The notes beneath the pieces were generated by a model that had not been told where the DNA came from, did no database searches, and saw only the letters and a list, made by a program, of their open reading frames with translations. 64,000 nucleotides of DNA from Pseudonocardia sp. (GTDB lineage Bacteria > Actinomycetota > Actinomycetes > Mycobacteriales > Pseudonocardiaceae), in assembly GCF_035305885.1 (NCBI RefSeq), contig NZ_DATGOP010000102.1, positions 18,847 to 82,846 on the forward strand. The letters run 5' to 3'. Shown piece by piece: positions 46,133 to 55,388 of the stretch. Positions within the stretch are counted from its first letter, which is position 1, and each line of letters opens with the position of its first letter. Position numbers and translations under genes: made by a program.

Positions 46133-46172
46133 GTCAATATCCGACTGGACGCTCGTGCAGTACGGTGGCGGC

Positions 46173-46781
46173 ATGCCGGACGACGCGGGGCCGCCACCGG
46201 AGAGGCGGGAGCGGATCCTGGACGCCGCGGAGCGGGTGTTCGCCGAGTCCGGCTACCACGCCACGACGCTGCGCCAGGTCGCCGCGGCCGCCGGGGTGCA
46301 GCTGTCGCTGGTCGGCTACCACTTCCCGTCCAAGCTCGAGCTCTACGTCGCCGTCTTCGCCCGCCGCCAGCACGTCAACGAGGAGCGCCTGCGGCTGCTG
46401 CGCGAGATCGACGACTTCGCGGCGCCGGACGCGCTGGAGCGGATCGTCGCCGCGTTCATGGACCCGGTGGTCGCGCTCGCCGAGGAGGGCGCCTGGTACC
46501 GCAGGCTGGTGCTGCGGGAGGCCGCCGACCCGTCGAGCATGCAGCGGCCCGTGATCCGCGAGATGTTCGACCCCATGGCGCGCGAGTTCATCGCCGCCCT
46601 GCGGCGCGCGCTGCCGGGCAAGCCGCCGGGCTTCTACGAGTGGAGCTACCTGTTCGCGGTGGGCGCGCTCACCCAGAGCGCCTTCGACGACCGGATCGGC
46701 AACCTCTCCGACGCTCCCCCGCCCGCCTCGAGCACCGAGCTGCTCCGCTCGTTCATCACCGCGGGGTGGCGCTACGGCTGA
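46173..46781 (+). CDS. TetR/AcrR family transcriptional regulator
   Basis: ATG 46173. RRERILDAAERVFAESGYHATTLRQVAAAAGVQLSLVGYHFPSK. Confidence 0.85.
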   Translation: MPDDAGPPPERRERILDAAERVFAESGYHATTLRQVAAAAGVQLSLVGYHFPSKLELYVAVFARRQHVNEERLRLLREIDDFAAPDALERIVAAFMDPVVALAEEGAWYRRLVLREAADPSSMQRPVIREMFDPMAREFIAALRRALPGKPPGFYEWSYLFAVGALTQSAFDDRIGNLSDAPPPASSTELLRSFITAGWRYG

Positions 46782-47281
46782 CCGGCCTCGTCCGGTGCGA
46801 GGATCCGGCGCGGGGTCGCGGCCCGGGGCGCGGGCGTGGGCGTCGGGGGCGGTGCCGCCGCGGCGCGCGGGCCGGTGGTCGGCAGGGCGGTGGTGGGAAC
46901 GGTGCGCATGGCGGCGAGCGGCGCCGGGGCGGGGCCGGGACACGCCTCGCCCTCCTCGACCACGCCCAGCTCGACGACGGTGCCCGCCGGGGCGGGGACC
47001 GGCCCGGGGTCCTGCGTGCAGACGACCCACGTGCGGCCGACGGGCCGCGCGCGGTGGCGCAGCGCGTCGCGGGGGGCGGCGGCGAACCCCGCGGCGTCCA
47101 GCGCGGCCGTCGCGACGTCGAGCGGTGTGCCGACCACGTCGGGGACCGGCAGCCGGACCGGCGGCTGGGCGGCGAGCGGCGCGTCGACCGCGCCTGCGCA
47201 GCCCGCGAGCGCGGCCGCGGTCAACCCGGCGGCCGCGAGCCGGACCGCGCGGCCCGCCGGGGCGGAACCAGAACGTGACAC
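46772..47281 (-). CDS. PASTA-domain lipoprotein
   Basis: 169 aa with signal peptide and lipobox LTAAALAGCAG. VPDVVGTPLDVATAALDAAGF...VVCTQDPGP...GTVVELGVV resembles a PASTA domain. Pro/Thr-rich tail. Confidence 0.6.
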   Translation of the reverse strand: MSRSGSAPAGRAVRLAAAGLTAAALAGCAGAVDAPLAAQPPVRLPVPDVVGTPLDVATAALDAAGFAAAPRDALRHRARPVGRTWVVCTQDPGPVPAPAGTVVELGVVEEGEACPGPAPAPLAAMRTVPTTALPTTGPRAAAAPPPTPTPAPRAATPRRILAPDEAGQP

Positions 47282-47447
47282 GGTGGAGCTCCTGAACGGG
47301 GTACGGCCGCCGCGCCGTGCGGGGGAGCTGCCGCGGCGAGCCGTGGTGCTGGGGGCATCAGGTGCTCGCAGTTGCCCGCGGCCGCGTTACGCCCGCCCCC
47401 GCCGCCCGCGTGACGTAGGCTGGCAACCGCTTTCCGTTGGGAGGACC

Positions 47448-48611
47448 ATGACGGTGGACGCAGCGCCGCGCGTCGCCCTGCTGGGCGTGCACGGCTTCGG
47501 ACGGGTGCACCTGGACGGGCTCCTGCGCGTCGCCGGCACCGGTGCGGTGCGGGTGGCCGGCCTCGCCGACCCGCGACCGCCCGATCCCGACGCCCTCGAG
47601 CGGGTGCGGGCCCTGCCCGGCGGCGCGGACGTGCCGGTGCTCGCCGACGCAGCCGAGCTGCTCGACCGGGTCCGCCCCGACGTCACGATCGTCTCGACGC
47701 CGATCCACACCCACCTGCCGCTCGCGCGGCTCGCGCTCGCGGCGGGGTCGCACCTGTACGTGGAGAAGCCCCCGACCGCGTCGATGGAGCAGTTCCGCGC
47801 GCTGGTGGCGGAGGCCGCCGCGGCGGGGCGGGTGTGCCAGGTCGGGTTCCAGTCGTTCGGCTCCCACGCCCTCGCGCACGCCGCTCGGCTGGTCGCCGAC
47901 GGCGCGGTCGGGCGGGTGCGCGGGATCGGGGTGCACGGGGCGTGGGTGAGGGAGCGCTCCTACTTCACCCGCGCCGCGTGGGCGGGTCGCATGGAGCTCG
48001 ACGGCGCGCCGGTCACCGACGGCGCGCTCACCAACCCGTTCGCGCACGCCACCGCGTCGGCGCTGCGCGTCGCCGGGGTGGCCGACGACGCCGAGGTCGC
48101 GGTCGAGCTGGAGCGCTACCGGGTCCTCTCCCCCGAGAGCGACGACACGGCCGCGGCCCGGCTCACGGTGGACGGGCTGCCGATCGTCGTGGCCGTCACC
48201 CTGTGCGCGCCCGACCAGTCGCCGCCGCGGATCGTCGTGCACGGCGAGCGGGGCAGGCTGGAGCTCGAGTACACCACCGACACGCTCACCGGGCGCACGG
48301 CCGACGGCGCGGAGGTCAGCGGGCCACCGGGGCGGGCCCCGCTGCTGGACAACCTGGTGGCCCACCTCGCCGACCCGGCGGTGCCGCTGCTCGCCCCGCT
48401 CGCCGCGTGCGCGCCGTTCATGCACCTGCTGGAGGCGGTGCGGCGCGACGGCCCGGCCCGCCCGCTGCCCGCGGAGGCGGTGGTGCTGCTCGACGGCCGC
48501 CCCGTCCTGCCGGACGCGGCCGCGCTCGTGCGCGACTGCGCGGAGAACCTCAGCCTGTTCTCGGAGCTCGACCCGCCGTGGCCCGCTGCGCGCGGTGCCC
48601 TCGCCGGATAG
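47448..48611 (+). CDS. Gfo/Idh/MocA family oxidoreductase
   Basis: ATG 47448 with RBS GGGAGGA. RVALLGVHGFGRVHL (Rossmann) and HLYVEKPPTAS (EKP motif). Confidence 0.85.
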   Translation: MTVDAAPRVALLGVHGFGRVHLDGLLRVAGTGAVRVAGLADPRPPDPDALERVRALPGGADVPVLADAAELLDRVRPDVTIVSTPIHTHLPLARLALAAGSHLYVEKPPTASMEQFRALVAEAAAAGRVCQVGFQSFGSHALAHAARLVADGAVGRVRGIGVHGAWVRERSYFTRAAWAGRMELDGAPVTDGALTNPFAHATASALRVAGVADDAEVAVELERYRVLSPESDDTAAARLTVDGLPIVVAVTLCAPDQSPPRIVVHGERGRLELEYTTDTLTGRTADGAEVSGPPGRAPLLDNLVAHLADPAVPLLAPLAACAPFMHLLEAVRRDGPARPLPAEAVVLLDGRPVLPDAAALVRDCAENLSLFSELDPPWPAARGALAG

Positions 48612-48619
48612 TGGCCCTC

Positions 48620-48914
48620 CCCCGGACCGGATGCGCACGGCCGCCGCGGCGCAGAGGATCACCGCGACGCCGCCGAGCCCGGTCGGCCAGGTCAGCTCCT
48701 CGCCGAGCAGCAGCGCCGCCCAGCCGATCGTGAGCACGGGCTGCACCAGTTGCACCTGGCTCACCCGCGCCATCGGCCCGATGGCGAGCCCCCGGTACCA
48801 GGCGAAGAAGCCGAGGTACATGCTCACCACCCCGAGGTAGGCGAACGCCGCCCACTCCGCCGGGGACGCCGACGGCGGCTCCGCCAGCGCCGAGGCGCCC
48901 GCCAGCGCGACCAT
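48620..48914 (-). pseudogene. EamA/DMT transporter, C-terminal fragment only
   Basis: WAAFAYLGVVSMYLGFFAWYRGLAIGPMARVSQVQLVQPVLTIGWAALLLGEELTWPTGLGGVAVILCAAA corresponds to the last ~3 TM helices of an EamA protein. No N-terminal part is upstream. The 3' boundary is approximate. Confidence 0.6.
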
Positions 48915-48937
48915 CAGCGGGGCGGAGGTCGCCGTCG

Positions 48938-49405
48938 GTGCGGGTCGCGGCCGTGGTGGCCCGCGGTCCGGTGCGCGACCGGATCCTGTCCGACCGCGGC
49001 GCCGAGTCGATGTACGTGAGCGACGTGCTGCAGGCCGCCGCGCTCGACGTCGTCACCCAGCGCGGCTGGCACGCGCACCTGCGCCACCTCGGCCGCCAGC
49101 TGCGGGCCCGCCGGGACCTGCTGGTCGAAAGCCTCGCCGAGCACGTGCCGGACGCGCAGCTCGACCACGTGCCCCGCGGCGGCCTGCACCTGTGGGTGCG
49201 CCTGCCCGAGGGCACCGACGCCGAGCGGCTGACCCGCGACTGCGAGGCCGAGGGCGTGCTGATCGCGCCGGGCACGGAGTGGTTCCCCGCCGAGCCCGCG
49301 GGCGCCTACGTGCGCCTCAACTACTCGGGGCCCGCGCCGGAGCGCTTCCCCGACGGCGCGCGCGTGATCGCGGCCGCGCTCGCCCGTCAGGCCGGCGCCG
49401 TGTGA
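48938..49405 (+). pseudogene. MocR-type (GntR + PLP aminotransferase fold) regulator, C-terminal fragment only
   Basis: HLRHLGRQLRARRDLLVESLAEHVP...GGLHLWVRLPEG...GVLIAPGTEWF...YVRLNYS resembles the C-terminal small domain of class-I aminotransferase-like MocR proteins. The HTH and PLP-Lys regions are missing. Confidence 0.6.
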
Positions 49406-49489
49406 CGCGCTGACCTGCGACAAGTGTCGTAGCGCGGGTGAGCCGGTTGCGCGTGGTGGGCCGCTCGCGCAGGCGCCTACGTTCCGGGT

Positions 49490-51061
49490 GTGCGATGGCG
49501 CCGGGTCAGCAGCGTTGCGGCAGCGCTCCTCGCGACCGGGCTGGCGGCGGCCTGCAGCTCCGCGCCCGCGCCGGCCTCGCCCCCGCTGCCCGAGCGCTCC
49601 TGCGACGCCCTGCGCGAGCTGGCGCGGCCCGCCACGACCGTGGCGGAGGCCCACGAGGACCCGGGCGACGCCACCACGCCGCGGTCCTGCCGGGTGACGC
49701 TGACCGTCACCGACCCGGTCGACGACGGTGTGGTCACCGTGTGGGTGTACCTGCCGGTGGACGGCTGGAACGGGCGGTTCCAGGCCGTGGGCGGCGGCGG
49801 GTTCCTCGGCGGCGACCCGGAACGGCTGCTCGAGCCGTTGCGCGCCGGCTACGCCGCGGCGGCGACCGACGCCGGGCACACCGGCCCGACGGCGGACTTC
49901 GCGCTGGACGCCACCGGCAACCCGAACTGGCCCGCGATCGAGGACTTCGGCCACGAGGGCGTCCACGACATGACCCTCGCGGCGAAAGACGTCATCCGCG
50001 CCTTCTACGGCAGCGACCCCGCTCGCTCGTACTTCAACGGCTGCTCCACCGGCGGCCGCCAGGGCGTGATGGAGGCCCAGCGCCACCCCGAGGAGTACGA
50101 CGGGATCGCCGCCGGCGCCCCGGTCATCAACTTCCCGGAGATGCAGACGGGCCAGATCTGGGGCCAGGTCGTCATGCTGTCGGCGGGCAACCCGGTGCCG
50201 GCGTGCAAGTTCGAGGCCGCGCTCGCGGCGGCGGTCGAGGCCTGCGACACCCTCGGCGACGGGGTCGTCGACGGGGTGATCGGCGACCCGCTCGCCTGCC
50301 GGTTCGACCCGGGCACGCTGGTCGGCCGGGAGACGCCGTGCGGCGCGATCACCGCGGCCGACGCCGAGGTGATCCGGCGGATCGGCGAGGGCCCGCGCCG
50401 GACCGACGGCCGCTTCCTCTGGTACGGGCTCGCGCCGGGCGCCCCGTTCGCCGGGCTGCACGACACCGAGGAGGTCGACGGGCGGCTCGTGGGCAAGCCG
50501 TTCCAGTACGACCTGTGGTGGTTCGGGCTCTTCCTCGCCCACGACCGCGGCTGGGACTGGACGACGCTCACCCCCGCCTCGTTCGAGGCGTTCTTCGACC
50601 AGGCCGTCCGCACCTACGACGACGTGCTCGGGGCGGCCGACCCCGACCTGTCGGCGTTCGCCGACTCCGGCGGCAAGCTGCTGCTCTGGCACGGCGCCGC
50701 CGACTTCGGGGTCCCGTTCCAGGGCACCGTCGACTACTACGAGCGGGTGCGGGCGACGCTCGGTCCCGAGCAGGCGAGCGAGTTCGTGCGCCTGTTCCTC
50801 GCGCCGGGGGTCGGGCACTGCCGGGGCGGCGCGGGCGCCCAGCCGGCCGACCCGCTCGGCGCGCTCGTGGAGTGGGTCGAGAACGGCACCGCGCCCGAGA
50901 CCCTGGCCGGGGTGCGGCTCGACGAGAACGGGGCCACCACCGCGACCCGCCCGATCTGCCCGTACCCGACCGTCGCCCGCTGGAACGGCGAGGGCGACCC
51001 CGACGACGCCGCGAGCTACGCCTGCGCCGAGGCGACCCGCATGCCGGTCGCGGGCCCCTGA
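49490..51061 (+). CDS. tannase/feruloyl esterase family alpha/beta hydrolase, lipoprotein
   Basis: 523 aa with lipobox GLAAACSS. WNGRFQAVGGGGF and YFNGCSTGGRQG (G-C-S-x-G-G nucleophile motif). Confidence 0.85.
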   Translation: MRWRRVSSVAAALLATGLAAACSSAPAPASPPLPERSCDALRELARPATTVAEAHEDPGDATTPRSCRVTLTVTDPVDDGVVTVWVYLPVDGWNGRFQAVGGGGFLGGDPERLLEPLRAGYAAAATDAGHTGPTADFALDATGNPNWPAIEDFGHEGVHDMTLAAKDVIRAFYGSDPARSYFNGCSTGGRQGVMEAQRHPEEYDGIAAGAPVINFPEMQTGQIWGQVVMLSAGNPVPACKFEAALAAAVEACDTLGDGVVDGVIGDPLACRFDPGTLVGRETPCGAITAADAEVIRRIGEGPRRTDGRFLWYGLAPGAPFAGLHDTEEVDGRLVGKPFQYDLWWFGLFLAHDRGWDWTTLTPASFEAFFDQAVRTYDDVLGAADPDLSAFADSGGKLLLWHGAADFGVPFQGTVDYYERVRATLGPEQASEFVRLFLAPGVGHCRGGAGAQPADPLGALVEWVENGTAPETLAGVRLDENGATTATRPICPYPTVARWNGEGDPDDAASYACAEATRMPVAGP

Positions 51062-51081
51062 GACACCGCTCCCCGGCGAAG

Positions 51082-51134
51082 TTCAGGAAAGCCACATCCA
51101 TGAAGCTGCACTTCGTGAATGTGGCTTTCCTGAA
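51082..51134. repeat. palindromic intergenic element, copy 2 (long hairpin, likely bidirectional terminator)
   Basis: TTCAGGAAAGCCACAT...ATGTGGCTTTCCTGAA. It is extendable to a ~24-bp stem (8 further inner pairs, with 1 mismatch and 1 G-U) around the loop CTGCA. It lies between the convergent tannase and SBP genes. Confidence 0.8.
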
Positions 51135-51164
51135 GTCACCTCAGCGCTGAAGTCACCTCAGCGC
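51131..51164. repeat. perfect 17-nt tandem duplication
   Basis: TGAAGTCACCTCAGCGC occurs at 51131-51147 and 51148-51164. The second unit contains the SBP stop codon (51158-51160). The first unit begins inside the hairpin arm. Confidence 0.9.
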
Positions 51165-52474
51165 AGCGCGGCGTTGCCCACCTCCTGGGCCTGGGCCAGG
51201 CCCTCCGCCACCGGGGTTCGGCCGGCGAAGACCTCGTTGAGCACGGGGTTGAACGCGGTGGAGGCGGCCTCGAACTTCGGCCCGAACGGGGCGGGGATCG
51301 TCTCCGTGCCGCCTGCGTCGCCGAAGAACCGCGTGTCGACGCCCTGGCCCTCCCAGTAGTCGTAGAAGGCCTGCTGCGCGGCGGTGACGGCGGGCAGCGC
51401 GGCGCCCTCCTCACCGAGGTAGGAGGCGCCCTCCTCCGAGCCGATCCAGCGCAGCACCTTCAGGATCGCGTCGCGGCGCGGGCTGTCGGCGTTGCCGGCG
51501 GCGATCACGCTGTTGACGACGCTGACCCGGCCCTGCGGCCCGGCGACGAGCGGCGCGATGCCCCACTCGAACGTGGCCCCGTCGCCGACGTTCTTGAGGT
51601 TGTAGGTGCCGGACTGGAACAGCGCCATCTTGCCCTGCAGGAACTGGTCGCGGCTGAAGTCCGGGTTGTCGTTGGTGTCGGCGGCCGACGGCGCCACGTG
51701 GTGGGTGTTGACCAGCTTGACCATGTAGTCGAACGCCTCGACCGTCTTCGGGTCGGTGAACGTGAGCGTCCCGTCGTCGGCCTGGATGCGCCCGCCGTTG
51801 GAGCCGACGAAGTTGTAGTAGATCGCCTGCAGGTCGCGGGCGGCGTTGAAGCCGTACTGGGTGATCGCGCCCGGGTCGAAGTCCGGCTGGTCGGCGGTGC
51901 GGCCCGCGCTGTCGCGGGTGAGCTTGCGGACCGCGGGCAGGAACGTGTCGGCGGACGGGTCGGTCGGGTGCCAGGTCAGGTCGTTCGGGTCGACGCCCGC
52001 GGCCTCGACCAACGCCTTGTTGTAGTAGACGGCGATGCGCCCGTCGGTGAGGGCGGGCACGCCCCACAGCGTGCCGTTCCGCGAGTACTGCTCCACCGCG
52101 GCGGGCACCCAGCCCGCCTGCAGGTCGGCGAGCTCGCGGCCGACGTCGATCAGCTTCCCCTGGTCGGCGAGCGCCCCGAAGTTGGAGCTGTTGAGCCAGT
52201 AGATGTCGTCGACCGTGCCGCCCGCGACGTCGAGGGGCAGCCGGACGAAGTAGTCCTTCCACGGCACGACGTCGAGCTGCACCTGGATGTCCGGGTTCTG
52301 CCGCGTGAACTCGTCGAACGACTGCTCGTACGCGGCGGCGACCTGGTCGTCCCACAGGCGCACGGTGACGGTGGTGACGCCCTCGGCGGAGGGCGCGTCA
52401 TCGGGTCCGGCGGGCGAGCAGGCCGCCAGGGCGAGCGCGGCGACGGCGGCCGCGACGAGTGCGCGCATTCCCAT
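51158..52474 (-). CDS. ABC transporter sugar-type (CUT1) substrate-binding lipoprotein
   Basis: 438 aa with lipobox AALALAACS, RBS GGTAGGAG, and family-1 solute-binding features. Confidence 0.85.
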   Translation of the reverse strand: MGMRALVAAAVAALALAACSPAGPDDAPSAEGVTTVTVRLWDDQVAAAYEQSFDEFTRQNPDIQVQLDVVPWKDYFVRLPLDVAGGTVDDIYWLNSSNFGALADQGKLIDVGRELADLQAGWVPAAVEQYSRNGTLWGVPALTDGRIAVYYNKALVEAAGVDPNDLTWHPTDPSADTFLPAVRKLTRDSAGRTADQPDFDPGAITQYGFNAARDLQAIYYNFVGSNGGRIQADDGTLTFTDPKTVEAFDYMVKLVNTHHVAPSAADTNDNPDFSRDQFLQGKMALFQSGTYNLKNVGDGATFEWGIAPLVAGPQGRVSVVNSVIAAGNADSPRRDAILKVLRWIGSEEGASYLGEEGAALPAVTAAQQAFYDYWEGQGVDTRFFGDAGGTETIPAPFGPKFEAASTAFNPVLNEVFAGRTPVAEGLAQAQEVGNAALR

Positions 52475-52483
52475 GCAGAACTC

Positions 52484-53296
52484 CTACCGGAATCCGGTGA
52501 TCGTGATCGAGCGGACGACGTGGCGCTGGAACACCAGGAACAGGATCATGAGGGGCAGGATCGCGATCGTCGTCGCGGCCATGACGATCGTCCAGTTGGA
52601 GTTGTACTGCGACTGCAACGCTGACGTCGCCACCGTGAGCACCTGCCACTGCCGCCCGCTGGTGATCACCAGCGGCCACAGGAAGCTGTTCCAGTGGGTG
52701 ACCACGGTGATGATCGAGAGCGTGGCGAGGATCGGCCGGCTCACCGGGACGACGACGTGCCACAGGATCCGCAGCGTCCCGGCGCCGTCGAGCTTCGCCG
52801 CGTCGAGCAGGTCGCCCGGGATGCCGCGGAAGTACTCGCGCAGCAGGAAGATCCCGTACGGGTGCCCGAAGACGTACGGGAGCACGAGCGCCCAGAACGT
52901 GTTGCGGATGCCCAGGTCGGAGAACAGGGCGTAGAGCGGGATGATCGTGACGATCTGGGGCACCATCAAGGTGGCCAGGTACACCCAGAACAGCGCGTCG
53001 CGGCCGGGGAAGCGCAGCCGGGCGAACGCGTAGGCGGCGAACACCGAGAACACCAGCTGCCCGGCCAGGATCACGGCCACCACCTGCGCGGTGACCACGG
53101 TCGGAGCGATGAAGTCGTAGCGCTCGCCGAACAGCTCGGCGAAGTTGGCGAGCGTGGGCGGGTCGGGCGGGGCGAGCACGGGTTCCGACGCGAACTGCCG
53201 CGGCGACTTCAGCGCCGTGGCGAGCCCGAGCAGGAACGGGCCGAGCGTCACGACCGCGCCCAGCCCGAGCAGCAGGTACGTCGCGGCGGCCCTCAT
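52484..53296 (-). CDS. carbohydrate ABC transporter permease (MalG-like)
   Basis: 270 aa with an EAA-type loop DAAKLDGAGTLRILWHVVVPVSRP. ATGA overlap with the upstream permease. Confidence 0.9.
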   Translation of the reverse strand: MRAAATYLLLGLGAVVTLGPFLLGLATALKSPRQFASEPVLAPPDPPTLANFAELFGERYDFIAPTVVTAQVVAVILAGQLVFSVFAAYAFARLRFPGRDALFWVYLATLMVPQIVTIIPLYALFSDLGIRNTFWALVLPYVFGHPYGIFLLREYFRGIPGDLLDAAKLDGAGTLRILWHVVVPVSRPILATLSIITVVTHWNSFLWPLVITSGRQWQVLTVATSALQSQYNSNWTIVMAATTIAILPLMILFLVFQRHVVRSITITGFR

Positions 53297-54165
53297 GTCG
53301 TGAGCTCGTAGGTCGTGCGGCGGGCGAACCACCGCTGCTGGACGACGGTGACCGCGACGAGCAGCACGAACAGCACCAGCGCCATCACCGCGGCCTGCCC
53401 GACCGCGCGCTGCTCGAACGCCTCGTAGTAGATGCGCCCCGCGACGACGTCGGTGACGCCCTGCGGCCCGCCGTCGGGGGTGAGCGCGTAGACGGAGTCG
53501 AACACCTGGAACGTCGCGATGACCTGCGTGACCAGCACGAAGAACGTGGTGGGCCGCAGCAGCGGCAGCGTGATCCGCCAGAAGCGCTGCCACGGGCCCG
53601 CGCCGTCGAGCATCGCGGCCTCGTGCACGGTGTCCGGGATGGCGCGCAGCCCCGCGGAGAAGAACAGCGCGACGTAGCCGACGTGCGTCCACACCGTCAC
53701 CGCCGCGACCGACGGCAGCGCGAGCGCGGGGTCGGCGAGCCACTCGACGCGGCGGCCGATCAGCGCGTTGAGCGCGCCGTCGGTGGGGGCGAGCACCCAG
53801 CTCCACAGCACGCCGAGCGCGAGCGGCGCGCAGATCCACGGCAGCACGTAGATCACCCGGAACGCGCCCGACCCGGGCAGGCCCCGGTTGAGCAGCAGCG
53901 CCACGACCAGCCCGAGCACGGTCTGCGCCGGGATCACGATCGCGACGAACACCGCGGTGATCAGCAGGGAGCGGGCGAACCGCCCGTCGGCGGCCACCGC
54001 CACCACGTTGTCGAACCCGACGAACGTGCGCGGTCCGATCAGGTCCCAGCGCTGCAGGGCGAGCACCGCGACGACGAGGATCGGCAGCACCAGGAAGGCG
54101 CTGATCCCGAACAGGCTCGGGGCGAGCAGCAGGTACGCCGTGCGCGTCTCCCGCCGTTGTGCCAC
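53293..54165 (-). CDS. carbohydrate ABC transporter permease (MalF-like)
   Basis: 290 aa with EAAMLDGAGPWQRFWRITLPLLRP. GTG start at 54165. Confidence 0.9.
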   Translation of the reverse strand: MAQRRETRTAYLLLAPSLFGISAFLVLPILVVAVLALQRWDLIGPRTFVGFDNVVAVAADGRFARSLLITAVFVAIVIPAQTVLGLVVALLLNRGLPGSGAFRVIYVLPWICAPLALGVLWSWVLAPTDGALNALIGRRVEWLADPALALPSVAAVTVWTHVGYVALFFSAGLRAIPDTVHEAAMLDGAGPWQRFWRITLPLLRPTTFFVLVTQVIATFQVFDSVYALTPDGGPQGVTDVVAGRIYYEAFEQRAVGQAAVMALVLFVLLVAVTVVQQRWFARRTTYELTT

Positions 54166-54203
54166 ACCCGCCCCCCGAGCTCCCGGCGCGTCATCCCATC
54201 AGA

Positions 54204-55379
54204 TCACGTGTACAGCGTGAACTCCGGGTACGTCCCGTTGAGGAAATGATCACCCACCTCGCGGCGCTTGTACGCGACGGGGTCGTGCAGCGTGTGGGTG
54301 CGCACGTTGCGCCAGAACCGGTCCAGCCCGACCTTGTTGCTCGTGGCCCGCGCCCCGGTCACCTCGAAGATCGTGTTGGTGACGTCGAGGGCGACGTCGG
54401 TGGAGACCACCTTGAGCGCGGCCACGTGCTCGGCGAGCTCGCCGCGGGCCTCCCAGGTGAGGTCGTCGCCCGCGGCGTCGGCGCGGTCGAGGTGGTCGGC
54501 CACGTCGTCGGCGAGCGCCTCCACCGCCCGGGTGGCGGCGACGAGGCGGCCGTAGGTGGCGAGCACGTACGGGTCGGCCGTCGCGCTCGGGCTGTCCGAC
54601 AGCAGCCACGGCCGGGACGTGGTGCGGGTGTAGTCGCGCGCCGTCGCCAGTGCGCCCTGCGCGACGCCGAGGTAGAACGCCCCGAACACCGCCTGGATCG
54701 CGGGCGTCACCAGCGAGGCGCGCGGGGTGGCCGCGCCCGCGCCGAGGCCGCCGAGAACCTGCTCCGGGGTGATCGCGACGTCGGTGAAGGTGACGCTCCC
54801 GCTGGCCGACAGGCGCTGGCCGAGGTTGTCCCAGTCGCCGCCGGGCACGAGGCCGGGCGCGTCGCCCCGCACCACGACGAGCAGGTGCGTGCCCGCATCG
54901 GGGCCGGACTCGACGACCCCGGACACCACCGAGGCGTCCCCCACCGACACCCCGGTCGCGAACGTCTTGCGGCCGTTGAGCCGGTAGCCGTCGCCGTCGG
55001 GGACGAGCACGAGGTCCGGGTCGGTGGGGTTGACCGCGTCGCCCCACAGCCACTGCTCCGCCGCCGACCGCGGGCCCCACGCCCCCAGCCCGCCGACCCA
55101 CCACAGGTTGGCGACGTTGACGTAGTGGTAGCCGAGCAGCTGGGCGATCGAGCCGTCGGCCACCGCGATCTCGCGGACCACCCGCAGCGCGGTGGCCCAG
55201 CCCAGGCCCGCACCGCCGACGGACGCGGGCAGCAGCAGGGCGGGCAGGCCGGCGTCGCGCAGCAGCCGGGCCTCGGCGACCGGCTCGGCGTTGGCCCGGT
55301 CGCGGTCGAGGGCGTCCTTGGCGAGGACGGCGGCCACGCCGCGGGCCGCCTCGACCGCCTGCTCGTGGGTGAGGCTCAC
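54204..55379 (-). CDS. acyl-CoA dehydrogenase-fold flavin monooxygenase (SfnB/DszC-like)
   Basis: 391 aa. The C-terminal LDRFWRNVRTHTLHDP motif is shared with SfnB/DszC-type enzymes. Confidence 0.85.
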   Translation of the reverse strand: MSLTHEQAVEAARGVAAVLAKDALDRDRANAEPVAEARLLRDAGLPALLLPASVGGAGLGWATALRVVREIAVADGSIAQLLGYHYVNVANLWWVGGLGAWGPRSAAEQWLWGDAVNPTDPDLVLVPDGDGYRLNGRKTFATGVSVGDASVVSGVVESGPDAGTHLLVVVRGDAPGLVPGGDWDNLGQRLSASGSVTFTDVAITPEQVLGGLGAGAATPRASLVTPAIQAVFGAFYLGVAQGALATARDYTRTTSRPWLLSDSPSATADPYVLATYGRLVAATRAVEALADDVADHLDRADAAGDDLTWEARGELAEHVAALKVVSTDVALDVTNTIFEVTGARATSNKVGLDRFWRNVRTHTLHDPVAYKRREVGDHFLNGTYPEFTLYT

Positions 55380-55388
55380 GAACTCCTC

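Noticed and set aside
48611-48625. G5/C5 run at the end of the EamA remnant as a third homopolymer frameshift
   Set aside because: Shifting the frame either way does not give a convincing native C-terminus. I have too little evidence to call it.
51101-51150. Mini-ORF MKLHFVNVAFLKSPQR inside hairpin copy 2, and the shared VAFLKS peptide in copy 1
   Set aside because: There is no RBS. The reading frame is simply a by-product of the conserved arm sequence. In copy 1 the equivalent ATG gives only MWLS*. It is more parsimonious as a non-coding structure.
51131-51164. Interpreting the 17-nt duplication as a target-site duplication of the palindromic element
   Set aside because: Both units lie on the same side of the element. 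The left flank (CCCCGGCGAAGT) does not match, so this is a tandem duplication, not a flanking TSD.
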